Virus record (IMG/VR): IMGVR_UViG_3300012202_000003
Location: 1 to 45,797 of that record
Reading direction: 5' to 3' (one strand)
Origin: a virus
Length of the DNA stretch: 45,797 bases
Made by a program: the position numbers and the translations under genes. Each line of letters starts with the position of its first letter. The first letter of the stretch is position 1. Of the stretch, positions 31,055 through 41,122 are shown in pieces. The notes below the pieces were generated by a model that was not told the origin of the DNA, ran no database searches, and saw only the letters and a list, made by a program, of their open reading frames with translations.

Positions 31055-34000
31055 GTTGGTCAACCATTTGTGCCATTCGCATCTCGCCGGGGTGGATCAT
31101 GCCCGTTCCAGGCACCCCCACCGATCTTTCAATCTGGGTGCGTTGAAGAAGACGTTGCATCTCCGTCGGCTCACCCTGAATTTGGGGATACAGAGTTTGG
31201 ATTCTGGAAGTTTCTGCTGCGGTCGTGCGTCCTCCTGTTCGCAGCGGGTTGGCAGGGATTGATTTCTCTTGTGCGATCTCGACGACCTGCTTCAAAGCCT
31301 CACGCGGATCGTAATTAGGAGTTTCGGTTTGTTGTGACATAAGGCCCGCCCGCACAGCCCCAATATCGCCCGCGAGAAGTTTATCTGCCAGATCACTATG
31401 GAAATCGTGCAACCGTTGGGATTCGAGTATTTCGGCCCGTTTATGAATATCTTGTTCTTCATAGAATTGCGACAGCCTCTTCGGCTTGAACCCCACCGCA
31501 ATAAGGGCTTGCTCTGCCGGTGTGGGTTTGAAGATCAACCTATCCTGTGAATCGAGGACGTTCCCTCCATCATTGTAAAGGCGATAAAGCCCTCTCACCC
31601 CAGCAGGTAGAGCCTTTTCAACAGCCTCACCCGTCCGTCCTCGTTGGGCAAGCTGAAAGCCTTGGACATAGTTCGACAGGACGGAGGTCAACGGCCCCCC
31701 AAGATTGCTCCATGAGAAGCCCTCATTAGGGTCCACCCCGAGAATATGCCCCAACTCGAACCTCGACCCTATATCTGCCGGGCCGACGGTGTTGAAGAGA
31801 CCGTGCATCGCACCGTCGCTGATGATATGACCCATTTCAAGGTTATCTCCACCCAAAGAGGCAAACATTCCACGAAGTCTTTTCTTCACCTCCGCCTGTG
31901 GGAAAATCTGATCGACCAACGCCACAGTCGCAGCCACGAAAGGCAACCCAAAAACCCCTCCAATCATCGCCTGCGTGGCGAACATCGTCCCAAGAGCTTT
32001 TCCAGCTTGTGCCCGTTCAGTTTCTGGCAACCCCGACCGACCGAGGGCGTCCTTCGTCAACCGCATCGCCATCCCATAAACATTCAGGGTGTATCCCTGA
32101 AGGGCTAACATCGTCCCACCAACACCCTGAAAGCGACCAAGACTGTTCACCAAGATTGAACGATTTGCCTTCCCTCCACCTCCCATTGTGGTCCTCACAG
32201 CCTCCACTGCAAAACTATGAGCTTCAGAAGGGGGCATTCCACGTTCCCTGGCCATCCGATAGGAAGCAAGAAAGGCTGTTGTGGAATTGAACATTGTGGC
32301 AAGCCCGAAGAAGTCTCGTCCGAACTTGGTGGCGTGATAAAGGGGGTTGAAGATGAGCTTGCGCGCCACAGTGGCAACTGGTCCGTCGATGAGGTTGATA
32401 CGATCTCGGAATTCTTCGTCTTCATAGGATTGGATATCGGAAACGAAACCTTTATTGATATCGCCGTCCAAGCGAGCTTTTTGAATCGCAGCGTTTTCTT
32501 CAGGATTTAGGAATTGTCCTTTTCGGAAATACGATCCACCGACATCCTGAATTGCTGGAAGGAGATACTTAAAGTAAGCCTCCCTCAGAGTTGCTCCCAA
32601 CTCTACAAGATGTGGTGCGAGTGTTGTGAGTTGGTGCGTCATCACAATCGGCAGCGACGATGGGTTGCCGCCGAGGAAGTTCATGAAGATAAGGCCGTTG
32701 AGTTTGTTGAACTCCGACCCACTTGAATCGACCAAGTTCGTGAGATATCGCTGAGCGATATTCTGCAATGCGGGGTTCGCCTTAAGCTTCGGACTGTTCA
32801 CCACGAGAGGAATCATACCTTTGACATAGGAACGACTCAACCCATATGAGGTAGAGTTCAGATAGCGAATGTTCCCCTCCAACATATTCAACCGTTCTCG
32901 TCCCCCTACAAAGGATCGCTCCCTCATGTAAGGAGAGACTGAAGACTGAATTGCCCCCTCGCCGGGCTTGAAGTCCTCCCTTACTCGATCTAACGTGGCC
33001 TCATCCGCACCACCCTCTTTCAAAGCCTGAATTGTGGCGTTGAAGAGTTTATTATCCGCTTCTATGTAAGAGTCCAACATCTCTCCCTGCATCCCTTGGT
33101 AACGTTCGGCATTATCCCCACTATTGAAAGCCTTCAGGTATGCGAGTTTTCCTTCTGCCTGCTGACGTTGAAGGTCTGCATACTTCTTATTCGCCTCCAC
33201 CTGCGTTTTGAAATCCCAAAGTTGCCTCTCACCATCCGTCTCCTTCCACGCAATGAGCCATTTTCCCGTCCGCACTTCCGGCGAATAATAAGGTTTGCCT
33301 TTTCCATCCGCCCCCAACAATGTCTCCTGCATCTTTAGATAAGAGTCTTTGTTGTTCTCTGCAAACTTGAACAAAGAATCAAACATCTTTGGGTCCATTC
33401 TCGATGCAAGTTGGGCTAAACCAATAGATTGCTCCGCAGGCGGAAGGTTGAAACGCGTCATCAAAAAGTCCATTGCTTCCTTCGCCACACCTTTTGCCTT
33501 AACGTGATCCGCAGTGGGGTCGTATTGCTGCACGATCATACCAGCCTTCGCCGACAGGCGGTCGCGGAACATCTGAAGACGCTGAAAGGCCGATGCCACA
33601 TTCGCTTGGCCGAATTGCTGGTTCGTGCGGTCAATTGCGGCAAGATCCTTATCAGACAAAGAGGGAAACTTCTTCTTCAACATTTCTTTCAATTCAGAAC
33701 CGACAAACTGCTTCACCTCAGTGTTCTGAAATAACTTCACGAAATTTAAGGCGTCGTTCGCCATTGTCTCTTCTCGACCTAAAGAACGAAGGCGGTCTTT
33801 CGCGAACTTTCCGTTATCCTCTGTTAAGTATTGAAATAGCTGTGTCACATTTGCTGAAGCCATTCGACGGAAGTCAGCAGCCACATCAGCTATCCCAGTA
33901 GCTTCAGGGTAAGCCTTAACAAACTGTCCAAGAGGAAACAACAATTCATGCTTTGAGGGTCTCTTTCCTCCCACTGACTGTGGAATCATCATCTTATCTG

Positions 34001-37000
34001 CCTCATCCACGACACGCTCTACCTCATCCTTTAAAGGTGCGCCCGCAAGTCCAAAATCATACATCCTCGCCATTCGTTCACCCATTTGAGCAACCTGTTG
34101 ATAGGTTGCACGAGGCGGAGGGTCGACCGGGCCTACCTGACCACGATCAGAAAGGGCCGTGAAAGCGTCCACCGCAGCCTTCACCTCAGCATCGGTTTTC
34201 ATAATCGAGACCATGTTCTTATGAACACTCTCAAGATAGGCCGAGGCCTGTTTCACAACCAAGTCTTTAGCTCCTGTCCCACTCATAACCTTCTGAAAGT
34301 AATCCTTCACCGCGCTAATTGTCTGCGTCAGGTCTACATAGAACCCCTTTGAAAGGTCTTGCTCTGCTCGATCTCCAAAGAACCACGCATCCCGCGCCCC
34401 TCGTGGGTTGAGGTGGGCCATTGCCAAAAGGCCACCATAATCGGAAAGGAACTCAGCGGAGGAATAGGTCTGTCCTTGTTTAATCGCATACTTCTGATAA
34501 AGGTCGGCCCTGTATTCAAGTTCCTTCCGTGAAATATCTCGGGGCGCTATCTGGAACAACATCGCTCGAAGAGCTATGCCCTTCTCTTCCGTCGTCATCG
34601 CGTTCGCGCTTTGAAGAGCTGTGTTATAGGCTGTTGCCCAATCGGGCACGATGGGAGAGCCAGTGCTAAGCATTGCTGTGGCACGAAACTGAACCTGATG
34701 CACAAGTTCGTGACCCCAATCCCACAAGGCATGGAAAAACTCTGTCGGTAGATTGGAGTGTCCCCGAGAACCTGTAACAAGCCCCACAAACCCATTCCAT
34801 TTTGAGTCTCTTGGCGAGACGGCAAAATTTGCCGCGCCAGTCATGGCATCGGCGATTCCCGTGCGGCCAGTGATATGCTCGAACCGAGCGGCAATTCCTA
34901 AAGCGTTCTTCGTTAGGTAGTTCAACCGTGGGCCGGTTTCACCTTTCAAGGTGAAATAGCGGGTGAAGAAATCCTGCACCTTGGGGAGGTAGAGCTTTGG
35001 GTCGTTTGGCTGGTTGATAACGAGGTCCAAGCCCGACTCACGAGCAGCAACGTCCGCAATGGACTCACCAAGCTTGATAGGATGACGTCCCAACTCCAAC
35101 GCCATCTGACCGAGGGTTTCAGTCTCCCTCCCCTCAGCGGCGGCTTTCATGACCTCGGAGAGGATTTTGTCCTTGCCGAAAAGGGTGAACCCACCTCGGC
35201 GGAGAAGTTCTTGCTTGACCTTATCGAGGGGGAACATTGTCGCGGTGACGTCAATTTTGGGAGTTTTGTCGGGGTTCTGGAAGACTAGGTCATTACGATA
35301 CTGTGGTGCGCTCCCTATTATAGCCTCTTCTCGACTTGCCGCGTTGGCAAAAGCATTCTTATGTGGTCCAAAACTCACTCGCTCACCCTTCGCGCCGGTG
35401 AGGTCTCCTGCAATGCGGGGAAGGGCTTCGTTGTAGTTAAGACGCATTCCTTTTTCTTGCGCGGGCCGTTCAACACTTCCTAGAAGTCTTCCTTGAGACG
35501 CAGCAAGACGATCATGCCCCTCCGTCATCATTGCCGTCTCCGCATCGCTGATTGCGATAGCATCGGCACCGTTTTTGATTGCATAGTCGATGGCGGACTT
35601 TAAGGCGAGGTGGTTAGTATCTTTGAGGAGAGGGTGGTTTTGGACTCCAACGTACGGATGTTCAGCACCCGAACTAAGAGCATTCTCCTTTGCTTCTCGC
35701 AGTTGCTGTCCCCAATCACTTTGTACCTCGATTACATGAAAGACCTTCCTCGCACCAACCTGTTCCCAGTAACCACGCCAGAAGACGAGAGTGTTTGGGG
35801 GGAAATTGTGTGAAGGAGGAAACATCACCCCCCTATCGGCGAGAGTTGAGCCACCTAGCTTTTGCTGAGAGAAAGGACGTTCAGGAATTACCACCGCTCC
35901 TTCAACGTAACCGGGCATTTCATTTTTAGGTTTGGGGGCGATAGATTGCCATGATGTGCTTGGGGTAGGGCCTACCTGAGTTCCCGAACCAAGTTCGTGA
36001 TAGCGCGCGAGCAATCCAAGGGCTTCTGGTGACCTTCTTGCTAAATCTTCTGGTGCCTCTCGTCTCCAGTATGGAGTAATAGTGTCAAGTTTATGCTCAA
36101 TCTGCAAAAACTCTTTTCTTTCAGGAGTTTGAATTTCGTTACCTACTATTTTAACCTCCACCCTCGGCCCATTCGACGCTAGCCAATCTTGAAACTCTTT
36201 AATCGGCACCGTTTTCCCCTTCAAGAACTCCTCAATGCCCGATCCCTTCAACATCTCCCACTCATCTGGTGGGAGAGCACGAGGCAACCTTTCCAATAAG
36301 GAATTCCCAGGTAACTTATCACCCGGCAACCTCGAAAGCTTGAACGGTTTCTCCTCGTTCAACTGTTCATCCACGATCCTTCCAAACGCACCCCCCTGAA
36401 GCTGCTCTGGCAAGAACGCAGGTGCTACCTCAGGTCCGGGTAGGTTTAGCTTGAACTGTTCAATCTCTTTCGGCTTGAGGACGACACTCTCCGGCGGTTC
36501 AAAGTCTTCCGGTGGTTGGAAACTCTCCTCCTGTCCTCGAAGAGAGGTCACCACCGTCGCCTTTCTATTCGCCGCGACCTCGGCAGCATAGGCCGCCGCA
36601 GCGTCCACCGCAGCCTGCGACAAAGAACGTCCTTCTGCTAACGAACGAACTTGGCCGGGAATTGTTGGCTTTAGAACATCCTGCCATCCTGCGGGCTTAA
36701 TACGGCCTTCAGGACCAGTTTTATAACCTCGAAGCGCGGATGGCAGCCCAGCGACCTCAAAAGGAAGGATGTTTGCAAGGGTCTCCGCTACATGTCGTGG
36801 CTCAAGCGGATTATACAAACCTTGTTCTTGTGCCAAACTTGATGCCTCTCCTCCAGCCTCAAAGGTACCAAGCAAACCCACCGTCGAGGCAGCCTTCTCT
36901 GCGCCGCGTTCGAGCAACCCCGTAAGCCCAGGACCAACAGTCTCACCCACCGTCTGTGCTATTGGAAGTCTCGACGCAATAGCCGCGGCCTTCCCACCAA

Positions 37001-37475
37001 CAAGAGGGGCTGCACCAAAGGTGCCGGCTTGAATCGCTCCCACTAAGGGAGACCCGGTCTCGGTATAGCCTTTCGAGAAAACATCCGCCATTGCAGTGGG
37101 CACCCCAACGTAGGGAATAGCCATCGCACCTACCTCAGCGGCCGTTCGAGGAAGACCTTCCCCAACAGACTTTCCAATCTCTCGTCCTACCTCTTCCTGA
37201 TTAAATAAGCTTCCAAGCCCACCTCCAGCCTTTTCTCCCAACGCTCCGGCGTATTCCTTAAAAGGCTGAAGCACATTTTCCACCCCGGTGCTATATTGCT
37301 TAGCTAACCTCCCTGGCATTGAAATATTCCCCGCAGAATACCTCAACGAAGAGGTCTGCTGGTTCATAAACTGGGAGAAGTCCTTTAACGTCATCCCGGC
37401 GAAGAACGGATGAGAGTCCTGAGCTACTCGGTAAGCTTCCTGGACCTCAGGGAAGGTAAAGTTTTCATCTTCCAT
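30966..37475 (-). CDS. Giant virion/ejection protein (2169 aa), polyvalent-protein-like with a zincin HExxH motif and C-terminal hydrophobic segments
   Basis: Last gene of the internal-virion block, in a T7 gp16-like position. HELVH at aa 922-926 (34698..34712). A conserved-looking VIEVQSDW...ALKSAIDYAIKNGADAIAISD domain at aa ~556-700. A TM-like segment (AMIGGVFGLPFVAATVALV) near 31.9-32.0 kb. Confidence 0.7.
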   Translation of the reverse strand: MEDENFTFPEVQEAYRVAQDSHPFFAGMTLKDFSQFMNQQTSSLRYSAGNISMPGRLAKQYSTGVENVLQPFKEYAGALGEKAGGGLGSLFNQEEVGREIGKSVGEGLPRTAAEVGAMAIPYVGVPTAMADVFSKGYTETGSPLVGAIQAGTFGAAPLVGGKAAAIASRLPIAQTVGETVGPGLTGLLERGAEKAASTVGLLGTFEAGGEASSLAQEQGLYNPLEPRHVAETLANILPFEVAGLPSALRGYKTGPEGRIKPAGWQDVLKPTIPGQVRSLAEGRSLSQAAVDAAAAYAAEVAANRKATVVTSLRGQEESFQPPEDFEPPESVVLKPKEIEQFKLNLPGPEVAPAFLPEQLQGGAFGRIVDEQLNEEKPFKLSRLPGDKLPGNSLLERLPRALPPDEWEMLKGSGIEEFLKGKTVPIKEFQDWLASNGPRVEVKIVGNEIQTPERKEFLQIEHKLDTITPYWRREAPEDLARRSPEALGLLARYHELGSGTQVGPTPSTSWQSIAPKPKNEMPGYVEGAVVIPERPFSQQKLGGSTLADRGVMFPPSHNFPPNTLVFWRGYWEQVGARKVFHVIEVQSDWGQQLREAKENALSSGAEHPYVGVQNHPLLKDTNHLALKSAIDYAIKNGADAIAISDAETAMMTEGHDRLAASQGRLLGSVERPAQEKGMRLNYNEALPRIAGDLTGAKGERVSFGPHKNAFANAASREEAIIGSAPQYRNDLVFQNPDKTPKIDVTATMFPLDKVKQELLRRGGFTLFGKDKILSEVMKAAAEGRETETLGQMALELGRHPIKLGESIADVAARESGLDLVINQPNDPKLYLPKVQDFFTRYFTLKGETGPRLNYLTKNALGIAARFEHITGRTGIADAMTGAANFAVSPRDSKWNGFVGLVTGSRGHSNLPTEFFHALWDWGHELVHQVQFRATAMLSTGSPIVPDWATAYNTALQSANAMTTEEKGIALRAMLFQIAPRDISRKELEYRADLYQKYAIKQGQTYSSAEFLSDYGGLLAMAHLNPRGARDAWFFGDRAEQDLSKGFYVDLTQTISAVKDYFQKVMSGTGAKDLVVKQASAYLESVHKNMVSIMKTDAEVKAAVDAFTALSDRGQVGPVDPPPRATYQQVAQMGERMARMYDFGLAGAPLKDEVERVVDEADKMMIPQSVGGKRPSKHELLFPLGQFVKAYPEATGIADVAADFRRMASANVTQLFQYLTEDNGKFAKDRLRSLGREETMANDALNFVKLFQNTEVKQFVGSELKEMLKKKFPSLSDKDLAAIDRTNQQFGQANVASAFQRLQMFRDRLSAKAGMIVQQYDPTADHVKAKGVAKEAMDFLMTRFNLPPAEQSIGLAQLASRMDPKMFDSLFKFAENNKDSYLKMQETLLGADGKGKPYYSPEVRTGKWLIAWKETDGERQLWDFKTQVEANKKYADLQRQQAEGKLAYLKAFNSGDNAERYQGMQGEMLDSYIEADNKLFNATIQALKEGGADEATLDRVREDFKPGEGAIQSSVSPYMRERSFVGGRERLNMLEGNIRYLNSTSYGLSRSYVKGMIPLVVNSPKLKANPALQNIAQRYLTNLVDSSGSEFNKLNGLIFMNFLGGNPSSLPIVMTHQLTTLAPHLVELGATLREAYFKYLLPAIQDVGGSYFRKGQFLNPEENAAIQKARLDGDINKGFVSDIQSYEDEEFRDRINLIDGPVATVARKLIFNPLYHATKFGRDFFGLATMFNSTTAFLASYRMARERGMPPSEAHSFAVEAVRTTMGGGGKANRSILVNSLGRFQGVGGTMLALQGYTLNVYGMAMRLTKDALGRSGLPETERAQAGKALGTMFATQAMIGGVFGLPFVAATVALVDQIFPQAEVKKRLRGMFASLGGDNLEMGHIISDGAMHGLFNTVGPADIGSRFELGHILGVDPNEGFSWSNLGGPLTSVLSNYVQGFQLAQRGRTGEAVEKALPAGVRGLYRLYNDGGNVLDSQDRLIFKPTPAEQALIAVGFKPKRLSQFYEEQDIHKRAEILESQRLHDFHSDLADKLLAGDIGAVRAGLMSQQTETPNYDPREALKQVVEIAQEKSIPANPLRTGGRTTAAETSRIQTLYPQIQGEPTEMQRLLQRTQIERSVGVPGTGMIHPGEMRMAQMVDQLMAMQPRLSRPEARVMVEKQLGRLRTLVF

Positions 37476-37479
37476 AGCA

Positions 37480-37504
37480 GTGAAGGTTAATTATTAACCC
37501 GAAC
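37480..37504 (-). promoter_or_regulatory. 25-nt dyad motif copy 6 (minus-strand reading GTTCGGGTTAATAATTAACCTTCAC)
   Basis: Fills the gap between the TAG at 37507..37505 and TGCT-ATG of the giant gene. Same 29-nt architecture as copy 1. Confidence 0.6.
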
Positions 37505-37771
37505 CTAGAGGCCGCTTTGCATTAGAAGTTGAAGAAGGGGAGCAAGCGACGGAGTTTGAGAAGCCACCGTGGCCTGTTGTTTTCCTGACAGCTTTTGACC
37601 CTTGGTCAAACCTTGTGCAAGCACCTTCGAGGTATCATCTGAGAAACCAAGTTGACCTAGTCCCGTTGAGGCCGACCCCGAGTTACCTCCAAGCAACCCC
37701 CCTAGAACAGTCCCAGCCGCCCCACTTGTCGAGGTTGTCGTCCCTCCCAAAAGTCCTTCAAGAAAGTCCAT
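37505..37771 (-). CDS. Gly/Ser/Thr-rich small virion protein (88 aa)
   Basis: ORF with a TAATG overlap to the upstream gene. Call rests on composition only. Confidence 0.5.
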   Translation of the reverse strand: MDFLEGLLGGTTTSTSGAAGTVLGGLLGGNSGSASTGLGQLGFSDDTSKVLAQGLTKGQKLSGKQQATVASQTPSLAPLLQLLMQSGL

Positions 37772-38949
37772 TATCTCTGACGGTTAAGGAGTTCTTTTAA
37801 AACACTTATCGCTCTTTGATACTCTCCCTGATGACTTTGAACCCAGTCATCAAACTCGGCCCTACTTCGAGGATTTAGACTTTCAACACCAGGAAAAGCC
37901 CCAGAAGGCGCATTCTGGAAGATCATTGGAAGTCCTTGAGCAGGGGGAGCACCTTGTAGCAATGACTGAATAGAGGATGGTGCTATGGTAGGCTGAGCCA
38001 CAACTTGAGGTTTTGGCGTCAACCCCGTGATGCGGTCTATAAAATTCCTTACGGGGGACATAGGACCCGCCGCTGTTCCCGGAACTACCGAGGACTGTCG
38101 ACCCGCCGCTTTTCGAGCACGCATTTGCTCATCTAACACCCTTGCAGCCTTCTCTGCCTCCGTTAGAGGAACTGTCGCCCCTGCCACTTCGGGCATTCCT
38201 AGGTTACCACTGATAAACTGCTTCAACATTGCCATTGCTTGTGGTGGCAACATCGAAAGGTAGGGATTCCCAAGAAGGTGTGCCACGAGAGCTTGACGTT
38301 CTTTCTCCGAGGAGCCTGCTTCCTTAGCTGCCCCCGTTTCAGCCTCCTGTGCTGACGCCCCTGCATGGATCAACGATGCAAGACCTGTATCTCCCAAGTT
38401 TCCTACATGGGCTTTGCTCACATCCAACCCTGCAAGTCCTTCCGCCGCACCCATGTTAGGGGCACCCATCATTGCATTTGCATATTGGTCAGCTTGCTGT
38501 TTCTGCTCTAGCCCATAATCGGCTGTATCAGCAGCGGTGTTAGCTTCACGTGCTTGACCTTTCATTAACGAGGTATGGGCTGCGCCTTGAAGAAAACCTT
38601 GTTGGTAGGCGTCTCCATGTGTTTTGGCATACTGAGCAATCTGTCGTTGTTCCTCTTGCTGGTTTCCCAACGTCGAACCTTGAAGGGCTTGGTTCTGTTG
38701 ATAAAGCTCTCTCGTCTTAGCAAGTTCCTCCGCTCCCTGGTTGGTGAACCCTCGTGCAAGCTCGAAGATATTCCCACGTCCCCCCTGCATTATATTAGGA
38801 TTGGAAAGGGCGTTCAATGCACGAGTGCCAAACCGACCTGCTCCCTTCCAAAACCCACCACCTCCAGACGAAGTAGGAGCCGGTGGTTGGAACAGACTCG
38901 AAAGAGGCGCACCCGCGTTCAAATCATCTTCTTCCATTAACGATGCCAT
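37771..38949 (-). CDS. Gln/Ala-rich internal virion protein candidate (392 aa)
   Basis: Positioned in the block between the tail genes and the giant protein. Low-complexity helical composition. Confidence 0.5.
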   Translation of the reverse strand: MASLMEEDDLNAGAPLSSLFQPPAPTSSGGGGFWKGAGRFGTRALNALSNPNIMQGGRGNIFELARGFTNQGAEELAKTRELYQQNQALQGSTLGNQQEEQRQIAQYAKTHGDAYQQGFLQGAAHTSLMKGQAREANTAADTADYGLEQKQQADQYANAMMGAPNMGAAEGLAGLDVSKAHVGNLGDTGLASLIHAGASAQEAETGAAKEAGSSEKERQALVAHLLGNPYLSMLPPQAMAMLKQFISGNLGMPEVAGATVPLTEAEKAARVLDEQMRARKAAGRQSSVVPGTAAGPMSPVRNFIDRITGLTPKPQVVAQPTIAPSSIQSLLQGAPPAQGLPMIFQNAPSGAFPGVESLNPRSRAEFDDWVQSHQGEYQRAISVLKELLNRQR

Positions 38950-40124
38950 AACATTCCTTTCATCTTACCGACAAAACTCCAGGTCCAAAACCATCCCCAA
39001 CAAAAGGGCTTAAGCACTGGCCCAAAGAAGCGATGCTCGTTGTGATACCACCACCTTCCTACCACAAGGAAGGGCTTCACGAGACACAAATTAACCAACA
39101 GGCGAGCAATCCAAAACCTCCGCATTAGTGGGATGGTGAATGAAGCCATTACCATATATCCCGCCCGCCTGTTGGGAGTATAGAAGTCATCGCGTCCTTG
39201 GCGGACATAAGGGGGAAGTTCACCATTCAAAGCCTCAAGGAAGATAAAGCAACATGTGATACCTGCACCCCATCCCGACCCGGAGGATTGCTGAATCTGC
39301 TGCCCTTCGCCAGAAATGTCCTCCGCCGTGGTTTGACGCGGCTTCCCAAGGAACTCCCCAGCCATTTGTAGATTCGAGGTGTTCTGCATCCTCTGACGGG
39401 CAATAGCGCCCGACGATTCAAGTCCCTGCCCAGTTCGTCCAAGTTCTCCCTGCTGTTGTTGCTGTTGGGCTTGAAGCTGACTTCCTCGCCTCATCGACTC
39501 AATCATCTGTGAAAGTTTGACCGCATCTTCAACAATGCCCGCCTCTTTGTCTTGCTGACCACGGATTTCCCGAAAGCGGTTGAGGGACTGATTCGTTCCC
39601 AAATCAGCAAGCTCCATACCAGTTCGGGCCTGCCCTCCACGGACATTACCAGGACCGGACATCGCAGCGGCACGAGCTTGACCAAACGATCGGTTGTATA
39701 GGTCGGCGGTTGATTGTTCATAATTTGCAGCATAGGGGTTTCGATTGACGATATTCGACAGAGAGGTCGAGCCAATAAACGACGTCGGATCAATACTCTC
39801 AATTGAACTTAGAAGGGATTGTCCCGGCACCGCGGTGTTATCCCGACTGAGCAGCGAAAGCAAAAATTGCCCCTCCGCTCCTTGCATTGCGGAAGTGATG
39901 GGAGAGTATTGATAATTCGCCTGAATCAGACTTGCTAGGTCGGCGGGAAGACTATAGGAACGCTCCTGCGCTGTTGTGCCTCGACGTTGAAAGGCTGTGT
40001 TCCCCGAAGACTGGGTTGAGTTTGTCGAGAAGTCAAAAGCCCACGCTTCGCAGACCTTTCCCTCTCGCGACCGCTCCACCCTTCGCTCTGCCTCTTCGAC
40101 TGCTATCTTCCACAAGTCGTTCAT
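38937..40124 (-). CDS. Internal virion protein candidate with a C-terminal Cys/Trp-rich membrane region (395 aa)
   Basis: Gln-rich middle. The C-terminus GITCCFIFLEALNG...WGWFWTWSF is hydrophobic. Confidence 0.5.
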   Translation of the reverse strand: MNDLWKIAVEEAERRVERSREGKVCEAWAFDFSTNSTQSSGNTAFQRRGTTAQERSYSLPADLASLIQANYQYSPITSAMQGAEGQFLLSLLSRDNTAVPGQSLLSSIESIDPTSFIGSTSLSNIVNRNPYAANYEQSTADLYNRSFGQARAAAMSGPGNVRGGQARTGMELADLGTNQSLNRFREIRGQQDKEAGIVEDAVKLSQMIESMRRGSQLQAQQQQQQGELGRTGQGLESSGAIARQRMQNTSNLQMAGEFLGKPRQTTAEDISGEGQQIQQSSGSGWGAGITCCFIFLEALNGELPPYVRQGRDDFYTPNRRAGYMVMASFTIPLMRRFWIARLLVNLCLVKPFLVVGRWWYHNEHRFFGPVLKPFCWGWFWTWSFVGKMKGMLWHR

Positions 40125-40597
40125 AATTCCTTCGTATACAAAATCATCCTGCGCTTCACGCCGAACTTCCTCTCGATCGCATTGATGCTCGACCCCGAAA
40201 ACCTAGAATTAAACCAATGTAACTCTTTGAATCCTTGTGCACGTGCCCACTCCTCCACATACGCAACGGAGAACTTACCCACCGTAGCACTCTTCCCATT
40301 CGATGAGGCAGCGTAATATACGATTGACGGAGGATGGTAGTTCGAGGAGTTGTCAAAAACCACACCGTAAAAAAGTGGTTTCTGGTTCTTAGACTCAATG
40401 ATGAATACCAATCCCCGTTCAGATCCAATGTTGATAGTGTCAAGCACCCGTCGAAGAAAAGCCTCAGCCGTGACCACATGACCCGGACGATTCTGCGCGT
40501 TGAGGTCGACCAGGCCCGCCAGCAAGAAATCCCAATTCGCCAGCACTTCATCGACAGTTGTAAGACGTTTGACAAGAAATCCTTCAGGGTTGTTCAT
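40121..40597 (-). CDS. GNAT-like acetyltransferase-fold protein (158 aa), low confidence
   Basis: The C-terminal pattern GKFSVAYVEEWARAQGFKELHW...SINAIERKFG resembles GNAT motif A/B regions. Confidence 0.4.
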   Translation of the reverse strand: MNNPEGFLVKRLTTVDEVLANWDFLLAGLVDLNAQNRPGHVVTAEAFLRRVLDTINIGSERGLVFIIESKNQKPLFYGVVFDNSSNYHPPSIVYYAASSNGKSATVGKFSVAYVEEWARAQGFKELHWFNSRFSGSSINAIERKFGVKRRMILYTKEL

Positions 40598-41121
40598 CGT
40601 TCTGCTCCCACACCGAAGATGGCCTCTTCGAAGCCGCTCCAGACCGCACCACGCGGTCCTCCTCCAATGGTGCGAAGATCATTAGGATGGGTGAAGGAAG
40701 CTACCATAAACTGTGAATAAAAATAACCAAAAGGTGGCACAGAAATTGGTTGATTACTCGCATCAGAGGCGTATTGCACAAGATCAACATTATCCAAAGT
40801 AAGGCTCATTATTGCACCTTCGTTCACCGTTAATACCTTAGAATAATCTAAAGCTACCAAGTTTGTAGGTGGCGCAGCGCTTCGATTTAGGTAATAAACC
40901 TGCACCGGAGAAGAAATTTCTAGCTTGGCTGTTAGTTCCAACGTTGTTGTAGGAGTGCCACCAGTTTGGAAAAAAGCCCCGTCGTTTGTTCCACCTGTAT
41001 AAAGAGCAAGCTCAACACAACCACGAAATCGAAAAGCCACATTTGCAGAGGAAGAAGGTAACCCTACAAACTGATATTGTGCTTTCGATTGGAAAAAGTC
41101 TGTAAAAGCAACGAGTGCCAT
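40594..41121 (-). CDS. Hypothetical tail-associated protein (175 aa from ATG 41121)
   Basis: The internal ATG lies 1 nt after the TAA of the 812-aa gene. The longer track ORF would overlap by 119 nt. Confidence 0.5.
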   Translation of the reverse strand: MALVAFTDFFQSKAQYQFVGLPSSSANVAFRFRGCVELALYTGGTNDGAFFQTGGTPTTTLELTAKLEISSPVQVYYLNRSAAPPTNLVALDYSKVLTVNEGAIMSLTLDNVDLVQYASDASNQPISVPPFGYFYSQFMVASFTHPNDLRTIGGGPRGAVWSGFEEAIFGVGAER

Positions 41122-41122
41122 A

